A stretch of 64,000 nt of DNA, taken from Monocercomonoides exilis PA203 (lineage: Eukaryota > Protista > Preaxostyla). The notes beneath the pieces are model-generated. The model was not told the DNA's origin. It did no database searches and saw nothing but the letters and a program-made list of their open reading frames with translations. The translations under genes were made by a program, and so were the position numbers. The stretch lies in the NCBI GenBank assembly GCA_001643675.2, contig LSRY02000020.1, positions 1,364,001 to 1,428,000 on the forward strand, read 5' to 3'. Of the stretch, positions 48,285 to 63,241 are shown one piece after another. Position 1 is the first letter of the stretch, and every line of letters starts with the position of its first letter.

Positions 48285-48402
48285 AAGCTACAGCACTGGG
48301 TTTTTCCAGGCGGTCACCCATCCAAGTACTAACCCAGCGTTGGCCGCTTAACTTCGGAGGTCTGAAGGGATCCGGTGCGTATGACCAACTATGGCCGTAG
48401 CT
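48285..48402 (-). rRNA. 5S rRNA: 5S rRNA (right copy 3)
   Basis: Exact reverse complement of the left-array 5S. Confidence 0.97.
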
Positions 48403-48469
48403 CACACACACTCCCTCAACCATCCCTTTTATAATCTTCCCCCAACTATCCTTCTTTTCTTTCTTTCTT

Positions 48470-48500
<31 letters not shown>

Positions 48501-48733
48501 TTCAATTTCTTTTCTTATTATCAAAATATCTTTCCCAATCATTATCTCTATCTTTTCTCTTCCTCTTTCTCTTCAACTATAACTTTCTTCTTCTTTCTTT
48601 CACACATTCACATTCACACCCTCCCACTCTCTTTTAATTACCACTTCACTCTTTCCACTTTCTTTCCCTCATTCCTTCTTTTCCTCATTCTCATCCTCTC
48701 TCACTCTTTCACTTTCAAAGTTCATTCATTCAT

Positions 48734-49335
48734 TCACTCACTCACTCACTCACTCACTCACTCACTCACTCACTCACTCACTCACTCACTCACTCACTCA
48801 CTCACTCACTCTCACTCACTCACTCACTCCTCACTCACTCACTCACTCACTCACTCACTCTCACTCACTCACTCACTCACTCACTCACTCACTCACTCAC
48901 TCACTCTCACTCACTCACTCACTCACTCACTCACTCACTCACTCACTCACTCTCACTCACTCACTCACTCACTCACTCACTCACTCACTCACTCACTCAC
49001 TCACTCACTCACTCTCACTCACTCACTCACTCACTCACTCACTCACTCTCACTCACTCACTCACTCTCACTCACTCACTCACTCACTCACTCACTCACTC
49101 TCACTCACTCACTCACTCACTCACTCACTCACTCACTCACTCACTCACTCACTCACTCACTCACTCACTCACTCACTCACTCACTCACTCACTCACTCAC
49201 TCACTCACTCACTCACTCACTCACTCACTCACTCACTCACTCACTCACTCACTCACTCACTCACTCACTCACTCACTCACTCACTCACTCACTCACTCAC
49301 TCACTCACTCACTCACTCACTCACTCACTCACTCA
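48734..49335. repeat. Longest (CACT)n tetranucleotide tract, ~600 bp with CT interruptions (representative of the 13 class-B tracts, ~160-600 bp)
   Basis: Read directly from the sequence. Confidence 0.95.
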
Positions 49336-50071
49336 ATTATTCATTTTATGAATTCAATCAATATTTCACAATTCTTTCAACCATTCAATTTCACATTCAT
49401 TCAATCCCTCACGAACTGTTTTCTCCTTCTCTTTCTCTTTCTCTTTTCTCTTTTTCTTTCACTTTCTCTTTCACTTTAACTTTTGAAATCGCTTCACATC
49501 ATTGTGTTTCTCATAATATTCCATTTGAATGTTCGTTGGATGATTTCTTATTTTTCTTTTTCATTCATTCAATTAATCATTTATTCATCTATCCATTTGC
49601 ACTTTCTTTTTCTCTCTCATTTTCTTTTTTCTTTTCTTTCTTTTTTCGAATTCTTAACATTTTGTTTTTACTCATCTTTAACATTTCTCTTTAAGAATTT
49701 TATTTGAGATGGGAAATAGAAGGGGGGAAAAAATGAGGATTGAATAAAATATAAGTTTATAATGAAGGCAAAATGGAAAGAAAAGCGAAAGCGGAAAGAA
49801 AGCGAAAAATGAAAGGAAGAAGAAAAGAGAGGAGAGGAGAGGAGAAGAGAGGAGAAGAAGATAAATGAATGAGAAAAAGAAAAGGAAAAGGAATAAGAAA
49901 GAGAAAGAGAAAGAGAAAGAAAAAAGAAAGAAATTTGGAATAAAAGGGAAAAGGAGGGAAAGAAGGGAAAAGAGAAAGGTTAAAGGTGAAAAAGAAAAGA
50001 AAATGAATAGAAACAGAAAAAGAAAAAAAAGAAAAAAAAAAGAAAAAAAAGAGGAAAAAGAGAAAAAGAAA

Positions 50072-50189
50072 AAGCTACAGCACTGGGTTTTTCCAGGCGG
50101 TCACCCATCCAAGTACTAACCCAGCGTTGGCCGCTTAACTTCGGAGGTCTGAAGGGATCCGGTGCGTATGACCAACTATGGCCGTAGCT
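50072..50189 (-). rRNA. 5S rRNA: 5S rRNA (right copy 4)
   Basis: Exact reverse complement of the left-array 5S. Confidence 0.97.
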
Positions 50190-50260
50190 CACACACACTC
50201 CCTCAACCATCCCTTTTATAATCTTCCCCCAACTATCCTTCTTTTCTTTCTTTCTTTCTA

Positions 50261-50291
<31 letters not shown>

Positions 50292-51512
50292 CTCTTTTTC
50301 AATTTCTTTTCTTATTATCAAAATATCTTTCCCAATCATTATCTCTATCTTTTCTCTTCCTCTTTCTCTTCAACTATAACTTTCTTCTTCTTTCTTTCAC
50401 ACATTCACATTCACACCCTCCCACTCTCTTTTTAATTACCACTTCACTCTTTCCACTTTCTTTCCCTCATTCCTTCTTTTCCTCATTCTCATCCTCTCTC
50501 ACTCTTTTCACTTTCAAAGTTCATTCATTCATTCACTCACTCACTCACTCACTCACTCACTCACTCACTCACTCACTCACTCACTCACTCACTCACTCAC
50601 TCACTCACTCACTCACTCACTCACTCACTCACTCACTCACTCACTCACTCACTCACTCACTCACTCACTCACTCACTCACTCACTCACTCACTCACTCAC
50701 TCACTCACTCACTCACTCACTCACTCACTCACTCACTCACTCACTCACTCACTCACTCACTCACTCACTCAATTATTCATTTTATGAATTCAATCAATAT
50801 TTCACAATTCTTTCAACCATTCAATTTCACATTCATTCAATCCCTCACGAACTGTTTTCTCCTTCTCTTTCTCTTTCTCTTTCTCTTTTTTCTTTCACTT
50901 TCTCTTTCACTTTAACTTTTGAAATCGCTTCACATCATTGTGTTTCTCATAATATTCCATTTGAATGTTCGTTGGATGATTTCTTATTTTTCTTTTTCAT
51001 TCATTCAATTAATCATTTATTCATCTATCCATTTGCACTTTCTTTTTCTCTCTCATTTTCTTTTTTCTTTTCTTTCTTTTTTCGAATTCTTAACATTTTG
51101 TTTTTACTCATCTTTAACATTTCTCTTTAAGAATTTTATTTGAGATGGGAAATAGAAGGGGGGAAAAAATGAGGATTGAATAAAATATAAGTTTATAATG
51201 AAGGCAAAATGGAAAGAAAAGCGAAAGCGGAAAGAAAGCGAAAAATGAAAGGAAGAAGAAAAGAGAGGAGAGGAGAGGAGAAGAGAGGAGAAGAAGATAA
51301 ATGAATGAGAAAAAGAAAAGGAAAAGGAATAAGAAAGAGAAAGAGAAAGAGAAAGAGAAAGAAAAAAAGAAAGAAATTTGGAATAAAAGGGAAAAGGAGG
51401 GAAAGAAGGGAAAAGAGAAAGGTTAAAGGTGAAAAAGAAAAGAAAATGAATAGAAACAGAAAAAGAAAAAAAAGAAAAAAAAAGAAAAAAAAGAGGAAAA
51501 AGAGAAAAAGAA

Positions 51513-51630
51513 AAGCTACAGCACTGGGTTTTTCCAGGCGGTCACCCATCCAAGTACTAACCCAGCGTTGGCCGCTTAACTTCGGAGGTCTGAAGGGATC
51601 CGGTGCGTATGACCAACTATGGCCGTAGCT
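51513..51630 (-). rRNA. 5S rRNA: 5S rRNA (right copy 5)
   Basis: Exact reverse complement of the left-array 5S. Confidence 0.97.
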
Positions 51631-51703
51631 CACACACACTCCCTCAACCATCCCTTTTATAATCTTCCCCCAACTATCCTTCTTTTTCTTTTCTTTCTTT
51701 CTA

Positions 51704-51734
<31 letters not shown>

Positions 51735-52936
51735 CTCTTTTTCAATTTCTTTTCTTATTATCAAAATATCTTTCCCAATCATTATCTCTATCTTTTCTCT
51801 TCCTCTTTCTCTTCAACTATAACTTTCTTCTTCTTTCTTTCACACATTCACATTCACACCCTCCCACTCTCTTTTAATTACCACTTCACTCTTTCCACTT
51901 TCTTTCCCTCATTCCTTCTTTTCCTCATTCTCATCCTCTCTCACTCTTTCACTTTCAAAGTTCATTCATTCATTCACTCACTCACTCACTCACTCACTCA
52001 CTCACTCACTCACTCACTCACTCACTCACTCACTCACTCACTCACTCACTCACTCACTCACTCACTCACTCACTCACTCACTCACTCACTCACTCACTCA
52101 CTCACTCACTCACTCACTCACTCACTCACTCACTCACTCACTCACTCACTCACTCACTCACTCACTCACTCACTCACTCACTCACTCACTCACTCACTCA
52201 ATTATTCATTTTATGAATTCAATCAATATTTCACAATTCTTTCAACCATTCAATTTCACATTCATTCAATCCCTCACGAACTGTTTTCTCCTTCTCTTTC
52301 TCTTTCTCTTTCTCTTTTTCTTTCACTTTCTCTTTCACTTTAACTTTTGAAATCGCTTCACATCATTGTGTTTCTCATAATATTCCATTTGAATGTTCGT
52401 TGGATGATTTCTTATTTTTCTTTTTCATTCATTCAATTAATCATTTATTCATCTATCCATTTGCACTTTCTTTTTCTCTCTCATTTTCTTTTTTTCTTTT
52501 CTTTTTTCGAATTCTTAACATTTTGTTTTTACTCATCTTTAACATTTCTCTTTAAGAATTTTATTTGAGATGGGAAATAGAAGGGGGGAAAAAATGAGGA
52601 TTGAATAAAATATAAGTTTATAATGAAGGCAAAATGGAAAGAAAAGCGAAAGCGGAAAGAAAGCGAAAAATGAAAGGAAGAAGAAAAGAGAGGAGAGGAG
52701 AGGAGAAGAGAGGAGAAGAAGATAAATGAATGAGAAAAAGAAAAGGAAAAGGAATAAGAAAGAGAAAGAGAAAGAGAAAGAGAAAGAAAAAAGAAAGAAA
52801 TTTGGAATAAAAGGGAAAAGGAGGGAAAGAAGGGAAAAGAGAAAGGTTAAAGGTGAAAAAGAAAAGAAAATGAATAGAAACAGAAAAGAAAAAAAAGAAA
52901 AAAAAAAGAAAAAAAAGAGGAAAAAGAGAAAAAGAA

Positions 52937-53054
52937 AAGCTACAGCACTGGGTTTTTCCAGGCGGTCACCCATCCAAGTACTAACCCAGCGTTGGCCGCT
53001 TAACTTCGGAGGTCTGAAGGGATCCGGTGCGTATGACCAACTATGGCCGTAGCT
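52937..53054 (-). rRNA. 5S rRNA: 5S rRNA (right copy 6)
   Basis: Exact reverse complement of the left-array 5S. Confidence 0.97.
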
Positions 53055-53125
53055 CACACACACTCCCTCAACCATCCCTTTTATAATCTTCCCCCAACTA
53101 TCCTTCTTTTCTTTCTTTCTTTCTA

Positions 53126-53156
<31 letters not shown>

Positions 53157-54438
53157 CTCTTTTTCAATTTCTTTTCTTATTATCAAAATATCTTTCCCAA
53201 TCATTATCTCTATCTTTTCTCTTCCTCTTTCTCTTCAACTATAACTTTCTTCTTCTTTCTTTCACACATTCACATTCACACCCTCCCACTCTCTTTTTAA
53301 TTACCACTTCACTCTTTCCACTTTCTTTCCCTCATTCCTTCTTTTCCTCATTCTCATCCTCTCTCACTCTTTCACTTTCAAAGTTCATTCATTCATTCAC
53401 TCACTCACTCACTCACTCACTCACTCACTCACTCACTCACTCACTCACTCACTCACTCACTCACTCACTCACTCACTCACTCACTCACTCACTCACTCAC
53501 TCACTCACTCACTCACTCACTCACTCACTCACTCACTCACTCACTCACTCTCACTCACTCACTCACTCACTCACTCACTCACTCACTCACTCACTCACTC
53601 ACTCACTCACTCACTCACTCACTCACTCACTCACTCACTCACTCACTCACTCACTCACTCACTCACTCACTCACTCACTCACTCACTCACTCACTCACTC
53701 AATTATTCATTTTATGAATTCAATCAATATTTCACAATTCTTTCAACCATTCAATTTCACATTCATTCAATCCCTCACGAACTGTTTTCTCCTTCTCTTT
53801 CTCTTTCTCTTTCTCTTTTTCTTTCACTTTCTCTTTCACTTTAACTTTTGAAATCGCTTCACATCATTGTGTTTCTCATAATATTCCATTTGAATGTTCG
53901 TTGGATGATTTCTTATTTTTCTTTTTCATTCATTCAATTAATCATTTATTCATCTATCCATTTGCACTTTCTTTTCTCTCTCATTTTCTTTTTCTTTCTT
54001 TCTTTTTTCGAATTCTTAACATTTTGTTTTTACTCATCTTTAACATTTCTCTTTAAGAATTTTATTTGAGATGGGAAATAGAAGGGGGGAAAAAATGAGG
54101 ATTGAATAAAATATAAGTTTATAATGAAGGCAAAATGGAAAGAAAAGCGAAAGCGGAAAGAAAGCGAAAAATGAAAGGAAGAAGAAAAGAGAGGAGAGGA
54201 GAGGAGAAGAGAGGAGAAGAAGATAAATGAATGAGAAAAAGAAAAGGAAAAGGAATAAGAAAGAGAAAGAGAAAGAGAAAGAGAAAGAAAAAAGAAAGAA
54301 ATTTGGAATAAAAGGGAAAAGGAGGGAAAGAAGGGAAAAGAGAAAGGTTAAAGGTGAAAAAGAAAAGAAAATGAATAGAAACAGAAAAAGAAAAAAAAGA
54401 AAAAAAAAAGAAAAAAAAGAGGAAAAAGAGAAAAAGAA

Positions 54439-54556
54439 AAGCTACAGCACTGGGTTTTTCCAGGCGGTCACCCATCCAAGTACTAACCCAGCGTTGGCCG
54501 CTTAACTTCGGAGGTCTGAAGGGATCCGGTGCGTATGACCAACTATGGCCGTAGCT
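54439..54556 (-). rRNA. 5S rRNA: 5S rRNA (right copy 7)
   Basis: Exact reverse complement of the left-array 5S. Confidence 0.97.
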
Positions 54557-54628
54557 CACACACACTCCCTCAACCATCCCTTTTATAATCTTCCCCCCAA
54601 CTATCCTTCTTTTCTTTCTTTCTTTCTA

Positions 54629-54659
<31 letters not shown>

Positions 54660-56018
54660 CTCTTTTTCAATTTCTTTTCTTATTATCAAAATATCTTTCC
54701 CAATCATTATCTCTATCTTTTCTCTTCCTCTTTCTCTTCAACTATAACTTTCTTCTTCTTTCTTTCACACATTCACATTCACACCCTCCCACTCTCTTTT
54801 AATTACCACTTCACTCTTTCCACTTTCTTTCCCTCATTCCTTCTTTTCCTCATTCTCATCCTCTCTCACTCTTTCACTTTCAAAGTTCATTCATTCATTC
54901 ACTCACTCACTCACTCACTCACTCACTCACTCACTCACTCACTCACTCACTCACTCACTCACTCACTCACTCACTCACTCACTCACTCACTCACTCACTC
55001 ACTCACTCACTCACTCACTCACTCACTCACTCACTCACTCACTCACTCACTCACTCACTCACTCACTCACTCACTCACTCACTCACTCACTCACTCACTC
55101 ACTCACTCACTCACTCACTCACTCACTCACTCACTCACTCACTCACTCACTCTCACTCACTCACTCACTCACTCACTCACTCACTCACTCACTCACTCAC
55201 TCACTCACTCACTCACTCACTCACTCACTCACTCACTCACTCACTCACTCACTCACTCACTCACTCACTCACTCACTCACTCACTCAATTATTCATTTTA
55301 TGAATTCAATCAATATTTCACAATTCTTTCAACCATTCAATTTCACATTCATTCAATCCCTCACGAACTGTTTTCTCCTTCTCTTTCTCTTTCTCTTTCT
55401 CTTTTTTCTTTCACTTTCTCTTTCACTTTAACTTTTGAAATCGCTTCACATCATTGTGTTTCTCATAATATTCCATTTGAATGTTCGTTGGATGATTTCT
55501 TATTTTTCTTTTTCATTCATTCAATTAATCATTTATTCATCTATCCATTTGCACTTTCTTTTCTCTCTCATTTTCTTTTTCTTTCTTTCTTTTTTCGAAT
55601 TCTTAACATTTTGTTTTTACTCATCTTTAACATTTCTCTTTAAGAATTTTATTTGAGATGGGAAATAGAAGGGGGGAAAAAATGAGGATTGAATAAAATA
55701 TAAGTTTATAATGAAGGCAAAATGGAAAGAAAAGCGAAAGCGGAAAGAAAGCGAAAAATGAAAGGAAGAAGAAAAGAGAGGAGAGGAGAGGAGAAGAGAG
55801 GAGAAGAAGATAAATGAATGAGAAAAAGAAAAGGAAAAGGAATAAGAAAGAGAAAGAGAAAGAGAAAGAGAAAGAAAAAAGAAAGAAATTTGGAATAAAA
55901 GGGAAAAGGAGGGAAAGAAGGGAAAAGAGAAAGGTTAAAGGTGAAAAAGAAAAGAAAATGAATAGAAACAGAAAAAAGAAAAAAAAAAGAAAAAAAAAGA
56001 GGAAAAAGAGAAAAAGAA

Positions 56019-56136
56019 AAGCTACAGCACTGGGTTTTTCCAGGCGGTCACCCATCCAAGTACTAACCCAGCGTTGGCCGCTTAACTTCGGAGGTCTGAA
56101 GGGATCCGGTGCGTATGACCAACTATGGCCGTAGCT
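56019..56136 (-). rRNA. 5S rRNA: 5S rRNA (right copy 8)
   Basis: Exact reverse complement of the left-array 5S. Confidence 0.97.
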
Positions 56137-56208
56137 CACACACACTCCCTCAACCATCCCTTTTATAATCTTCCCCCCAACTATCCTTCTTTTCTTTCTT
56201 TCTTTCTA

Positions 56209-56239
<31 letters not shown>

Positions 56240-57441
56240 CTCTTTTTCAATTTCTTTTCTTATTATCAAAATATCTTTCCCAATCATTATCTCTATCTTT
56301 TCTCTTCCTCTTTCTCTTCAACTATAACTTTCTTCTTCTTTCTTTCACACATTCACATTCACACCCTCCCACTCTCTTTTTAATTACCACTTCACTCTTT
56401 CCACTTTCTTTCCCTCATTCCTTCTTTTCCTCATTCTCATCCTCTCTCACTCTTTCACTTTCAAAGTTCATTCATTCATTCACTCACTCACTCACTCACT
56501 CACTCACTCACTCACTCACTCACTCACTCACTCACTCACTCACTCACTCACTCACTCACTCACTCACTCACTCACTCACTCACTCACTCACTCACTCACT
56601 CACTCACTCACTCACTCACTCACTCACTCACTCACTCACTCACTCACTCACTCACTCACTCACTCACTCACTCACTCACTCACTCACTCACTCACTCACT
56701 CAATTATTCATTTTATGAATTCAATCAATATTTCACAATTCTTTCAACCATTCAATTTCACATTCATTCAATCCCTCACGAACTGTTTTCTCCTTCTCTT
56801 TCTCTTTCTCTTTCTCTTTTTCTTTCACTTTCTCTTTCACTTTAACTTTTGAAATCGCTTCACATCATTGTGTTTCTCATAATATTCCATTTGAATGTTC
56901 GTTGGATGATTTCTTATTTTTCTTTTTCATTCATTCAATTAATCATTTATTCATCTATCCATTTGCACTTTCTTTTTCTCTCTCATTTTCTTTTTTCTTT
57001 TCTTTCTTTTTTCGAATTCTTAACATTTTGTTTTTACTCATCTTTAACATTTCTCTTTAAGAATTTTATTTGAGATGGGAAATAGAAGGGGGGAAAAAAT
57101 GAGGATTGAATAAAATATAAGTTTATAATGAAGGCAAAATGGAAAGAAAAGCGAAAGCGGAAAGAAAGCGAAAAATGAAAGGAAGAAGAAAAGAGAGGAG
57201 AGGAGAGGAGAAGAGAGGAGAAGAAGATAAATGAATGAGAAAAAGAAAAGGAAAAGGAATAAGAAAGAGAAAGAGAAAGAGAAAGAGAAAGAAAAAAGAA
57301 AGAAATTTGGAATAAAAGGGAAAAGGAGGGAAAGAAGGGAAAAGAGAAAGGTTAAAGGTGAAAAAGAAAAGAAAATGAATAGAAACAGAAAAAGAAAAAA
57401 AAAGAAAAAAAAGAAAAAAAAGAGGAAAAAGAGAAAAAGAA

Positions 57442-57559
57442 AAGCTACAGCACTGGGTTTTTCCAGGCGGTCACCCATCCAAGTACTAACCCAGCGTTGG
57501 CCGCTTAACTTCGGAGGTCTGAAGGGATCCGGTGCGTATGACCAACTATGGCCGTAGCT
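57442..57559 (-). rRNA. 5S rRNA: 5S rRNA (right copy 9)
   Basis: Exact reverse complement of the left-array 5S. Confidence 0.97.
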
Positions 57560-57630
57560 CACACACACTCCCTCAACCATCCCTTTTATAATCTTCCCCC
57601 AACTATCCTTCTTTTCTTTCTTTCTTTCTA

Positions 57631-57661
<31 letters not shown>

Positions 57662-58804
57662 CTCTTTTTCAATTTCTTTTCTTATTATCAAAATATCTTT
57701 CCCAATCATTATCTCTATCTTTTCTCTTCCTCTTTCTCTTCAACTATAACTTTCTTCTTCTTTCTTTCACACATTCACATTCACACCCTCCCACTCTCTT
57801 TTAATTACCACTTCACTCTTTCCACTTTCTTTCCCTCATTCCTTCTTTTCCTCATTCTCATCCTCTCTCACTCTTTCACTTTCAAAGTTCATTCATTCAT
57901 TCACTCACTCACTCACTCACTCACTCACTCACTCACTCACTCACTCACTCACTCACTCACTCACTCACTCACTCACTCACTCACTCACTCACTCACTCAC
58001 TCACTCACTCACTCACTCACTCACTCACTCACTCACTCACTCACTCACTCACTCACTCACTCAATTATTCATTTTATGAATTCAATCAATATTTCACAAT
58101 TCTTTCAACCATTCAATTTCACATTCATTCAATCCCTCACGAACTGTTTTCTCCTTCTCTTTCTCTTTCTCTTTCTCTTTTTCTTTCACTTTCTCTTTCA
58201 CTTTAACTTTTGAAATCGCTTCACATCATTGTGTTTCTCATAATATTCCATTTGAATGTTCGTTGGATGATTTCTTATTTTTCTTTTTCATTCATTCAAT
58301 TAATCATTTATTCATCTATCCATTTGCACTTTCTTTTCTCTCTCATTTTCTTTTTCTTTCTTTCTTTTTTCGAATTCTTAACATTTTGTTTTTACTCATC
58401 TTTAACATTTCTCTTTAAGAATTTTATTTGAGATGGGAAATAGAGGGGGAGGAAAAAATGAGGATTGAATAAAATATAAGTTTATAATGAAGGCAAAATG
58501 GAAAGAAAAGCGAAAGCGGAAAGAAAGCGAAAAATGAAAGGAAGAAGAAAAAGAGAGGAGAGGAGAGGAGAAGAGAGGAGAAGAAGATAAATGAATGAGA
58601 AAAAGAAAAGGAAAAGGAATAAGAAAGAGAAAGAGAAAGAGAAAGAGAAAGAAAAAAAGAAAGAAATTTGGAATAAAAGGGAAAAGGAGGGAAAGAAGGG
58701 AAAAGAGAAAGGTTAAAGGTGAAAAAGAAAAGAAAATGAATAGAAACAGAAAAAGAAAAAAAAGAAAAAAAAAAAGAAAAAAAAGAGGAAAAAGAGAAAA
58801 AGAA

Positions 58805-58922
58805 AAGCTACAGCACTGGGTTTTTCCAGGCGGTCACCCATCCAAGTACTAACCCAGCGTTGGCCGCTTAACTTCGGAGGTCTGAAGGGATCCGGTGCGT
58901 ATGACCAACTATGGCCGTAGCT
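58805..58922 (-). rRNA. 5S rRNA: 5S rRNA (right copy 10)
   Basis: Exact reverse complement of the left-array 5S. Confidence 0.97.
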
Positions 58923-58994
58923 CACACACACTCCCTCAACCATCCCTTTTATAATCTTCCCCCAACTATCCTTCTTTTCTTTTCTTTCTTTCTA

Positions 58995-59025
<31 letters not shown>

Positions 59026-60131
59026 CTCTTTTTCAATTTCTTTTCTTATTATCAAAATATCTTTCCCAATCATTATCTCTATCTTTTCTCTTCCTCTTTC
59101 TCTTCAACTATAACTTTCTTCTTCTTTCTTTCACACATTCACATTCACACCCTCCCACTCTCTTTTAATTACCACTTCACTCTTTCCACTTTCTTTCCCT
59201 CATTCCTTCTTTTCCTCATTCTCATCCTCTCTCACTCTTTCACTTTCAAAGTTCATTCATTCATTCACTCACTCACTCACTCACTCACTCACTCACTCAC
59301 TCACTCACTCACTCACTCACTCACTCACTCACTCACTCACTCACTCACTCACTCACTCACTCACTCACTCACTCACTCACTCACTCACTCACTCACTCAC
59401 TCACTCACTCACTCACTCACTCACTCACTCACTCACTCACTCAATTATTCATTTTATGAATTCAATCAATATTTCACAATTCTTTCAACCATTCAATTTC
59501 ACATTCATTCAATCCCTCACGAACTGTTTTCTCCTTCTCTTTCTCTTTCTCTTTCTCTTTTTCTTTCACTTTCTCTTTCACTTTAACTTTTGAAATCGCT
59601 TCACATCATTGTGTTTCTCATAATATTCCATTTGAATGTTCGTTGGATGATTTCTTATTTTTCTTTTTCATTCATTCAATTAATCATTTATTCATCTATC
59701 CATTTGCACTTTCTTTTCTCTCTCATTTTCTTTTTTCTTTCTTTTTTCGAATTCTTAACATTTTGTTTTTACTCATCTTTAACATTTCTCTTTAAGAATT
59801 TTATTTGAGATGGGAAATAGAAGGGGGGGAAAAAATGAGGATTGAATAAAATATAAGTTTATAATGAAGGCAAAATGGAAAGAAAAGCGAAAGCGGAAAG
59901 AAAGCGAAAAAATGAAAGGAAGAAGAAAAGAGAGGAGAGGAGAGGAGAAGAGAGGAGAAGAAGATAAATGAATGAGAAAAAGAAAAGGAAAAGGAATAAG
60001 AAAGAGAAAGAGAAAGAGAAAGAGAAAGAAAAAAAGAAAGAAATTTGGAATAAAAGGGAAAAGGAGGGAAAGAAGGGAAAAGAGAAAGGTTAAAGGTGAA
60101 AAAGAAAAGAAAATGAATAGAAACAGAAAAG

Positions 60132-60163
<32 letters not shown>

Positions 60164-60180
60164 GAAAAAGAGAAAAAGAA

Positions 60181-60298
60181 AAGCTACAGCACTGGGTTTT
60201 TCCAGGCGGTCACCCATCCAAGTACTAACCCAGCGTTGGCCGCTTAACTTCGGAGGTCTGAAGGGATCCGGTGCGTATGACCAACTATGGCCGTAGCT
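60181..60298 (-). rRNA. 5S rRNA: 5S rRNA (right copy 11)
   Basis: Exact reverse complement of the left-array 5S. Confidence 0.97.
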
Positions 60299-60369
60299 CA
60301 CACACACTCCCTCAACCATCCCTTTTATAATCTTCCCCCAACTATCCTTCTTTTCTTTCTTTCTTTCTA

Positions 60370-60400
<31 letters not shown>

Positions 60401-61554
60401 CTCTTTTTCAATTTCTTTTCTTATTATCAAAATATCTTTCCCAATCATTATCTCTATCTTTTCTCTTCCTCTTTCTCTTCAACTATAACTTTCTTCTTCT
60501 TTCTTTCACACATTCACATTCACACCCTCCCACTCTCTTTTAATTACCACTTCACTCTTTCCACTTTCTTTCCCTCATTCCTTCTTTTCCTCATTCTCAT
60601 CCTCTCTCACTCTTTCACTTTCAAAGTTCATTCATTCATTCACTCACTCACTCACTCACTCACTCACTCACTCACTCACTCACTCACTCACTCACTCACT
60701 CACTCACTCACTCACTCACTCACTCACTCACTCACTCACTCACTCACTCACTCACTCACTCACTCACTCACTCACTCACTCACTCACTCACTCACTCACT
60801 CACTCACTCACTCAATTATTCATTTTATGAATTCAATCAATATTTCACAATTCTTTCAACCATTCAATTTCACATTCATTCAATCCCTCACGAACTGTTT
60901 TCTCCTTCTCTTTCTCTTTCTCTTTCTCTTTTTCTTTCACTTTCTCTTTCACTTTAACTTTTGAAATCGCTTCACATCATTGTGTTTCTCATAATATTCC
61001 ATTTGAATGTTCGTTGGATGATTTCTTATTTTTCTTTTTCATTCATTCAATTAATCATTTATTCATCTATCCATTTGCACTTTCTTTTCTCTCTCATTTT
61101 CTTTTTCTTTCTTTCTTTTTTCGAATTCTTAACATTTTGTTTTTACTCATCTTTAACATTTCTCTTTAAGAATTTTATTTGAGATGGGAAATAGAAGGGG
61201 GGAAAAAATGAGGATTGAATAAAATATAAGTTTATAATGAAGGCAAAATGGAAAGAAAAGCGAAAGCGGAAAGAAAGCGAAAAATGAAAGGAAGAAGAAA
61301 AGAGAGGAGAGGAGAGGAGAAGAGAGGAGAAGAAGATAAATGAATGAGAAAAAGAAAAGGAAAAGGAATAAGAAAGAGAAAGAGAAAGAGAAAGAGAAAG
61401 AAAAAAAGAAAAGAAATTTGGAATAAAAGGGAAAAGGAGGGAAAGAAGGGAAAAGAGAAAGGTTAAAGGTGAAAAAGAAAAGAAAATGAATAGAAACAGA
61501 AAAAGAAAAAAAAGAAAAAAAAAAGAAAAAAAAGAGGAAAAAGAGAAAAAGAAA

Positions 61555-61672
61555 AAGCTACAGCACTGGGTTTTTCCAGGCGGTCACCCATCCAAGTACT
61601 AACCCAGCGTTGGCCGCTTAACTTCGGAGGTCTGAAGGGATCCGGTGCGTATGACCAACTATGGCCGTAGCT
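61555..61672 (-). rRNA. 5S rRNA: 5S rRNA (right copy 12)
   Basis: Exact reverse complement of the left-array 5S. Confidence 0.97.
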
Positions 61673-61743
61673 CACACACACTCCCTCAACCATCCCTTTT
61701 ATAATCTTCCCCCAACTATCCTTCTTTTCTTTCTTTCTTTCTA

Positions 61744-61774
<31 letters not shown>

Positions 61775-63020
61775 CTCTTTTTCAATTTCTTTTCTTATTA
61801 TCAAAATATCTTTCCCAATCATTATCTCTATCTTTTCTCTTCCTCTTTCTCTTCAACTATAACTTTCTTCTTCTTTCTTTCACACATTCACATTCACACC
61901 CTCCCACTCTCTTTTAATTACCACTTCACTCTTTCCACTTTCTTTCCCTCATTCCTTCTTTTCCTCATTCTCATCCTCTCTCACTCTTTCACTTTCAAAG
62001 TTCATTCATTCATTCACTCACTCACTCACTCACTCACTCACTCACTCACTCACTCACTCACTCACTCACTCACTCACTCACTCACTCACTCACTCACTCA
62101 CTCACTCACTCACTCACTCACTCACTCACTCACTCACTCACTCACTCACTCACTCACTCACTCACTCACTCACTCACTCACTCACTCACTCACTCACTCA
62201 CTCACTCACTCACTCACTCACTCACTCACTCACTCACTCACTCACTCACTCACTCACTCACTCACTCACTCACTCACTCACTCACTCAATTATTCATTTT
62301 ATGAATTCAATCAATATTTCACAATTCTTTCAACCATTCAATTTCACATTCATTCAATCCCTCACGAACTGTTTTCTCCTTCTCTTTCTCTTTCTCTTTC
62401 TCTTTTTCTTTCACTTTCTCTTTCACTTTAACTTTTGAAATCGCTTCACATCATTGTGTTTCTCATAATATTCCATTTGAATGTTCGTTGGATGATTTCT
62501 TATTTTTCTTTTTCATTCATTCAATTAATCATTTATTCATCTATCCATTTGCACTTTCTTTTCTCTCTCATTTTCTTTTTCTTTCTTTCTTTTTTCGAAT
62601 TCTTAACATTTTGTTTTTACTCATCTTTAACATTTCTCTTTAAGAATTTGATTTGAGATGGGAAATAGAGGGAGGGAAAAAATGAGGATTGAATAAAATA
62701 TAAGTTTATAATGAAGGCAAAATGGAAAGAAAAGCGAAAGCGGAAAGAAAGCGAAAAATGAAAGGAAGAAGAAAAGAGAGGAGAGGAGAGGAGAAGAGAG
62801 GAGAAGAAGATAAATGAATGAGAAAAAGAAAAGGAAAAGGAATAAGAAAGAGAAAGAGAAAGAGAAAGAAAAAAAGAAAGAAATTTGGAATAAAAGGGAA
62901 AAGGAGGGAAAGAAGGGAAAAGAGAAAGGTTAAAGGTGAAAAAGAAAAGAAAATGAATAGAAACAGAAAAAGAAAAAAAAGAAAAAAAAAAGAAAAAAAA
63001 GAGGAAAAAGAGAAAAAGAA

Positions 63021-63138
63021 AAGCTACAGCACTGGGTTTTTCCAGGCGGTCACCCATCCAAGTACTAACCCAGCGTTGGCCGCTTAACTTCGGAGGTCTG
63101 AAGGGATCCGGTGCGTATGACCAACTATGGCCGTAGCT
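63021..63138 (-). rRNA. 5S rRNA: 5S rRNA (right copy 13)
   Basis: Exact reverse complement of the left-array 5S. Confidence 0.97.
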
Positions 63139-63210
63139 CACACACACTCCCTCAACCATCCCTTTTATAATCTTCCCCCCAACTATCCTTCTTTTCTTTC
63201 TTTCTTTCTA

Positions 63211-63241
<31 letters not shown>
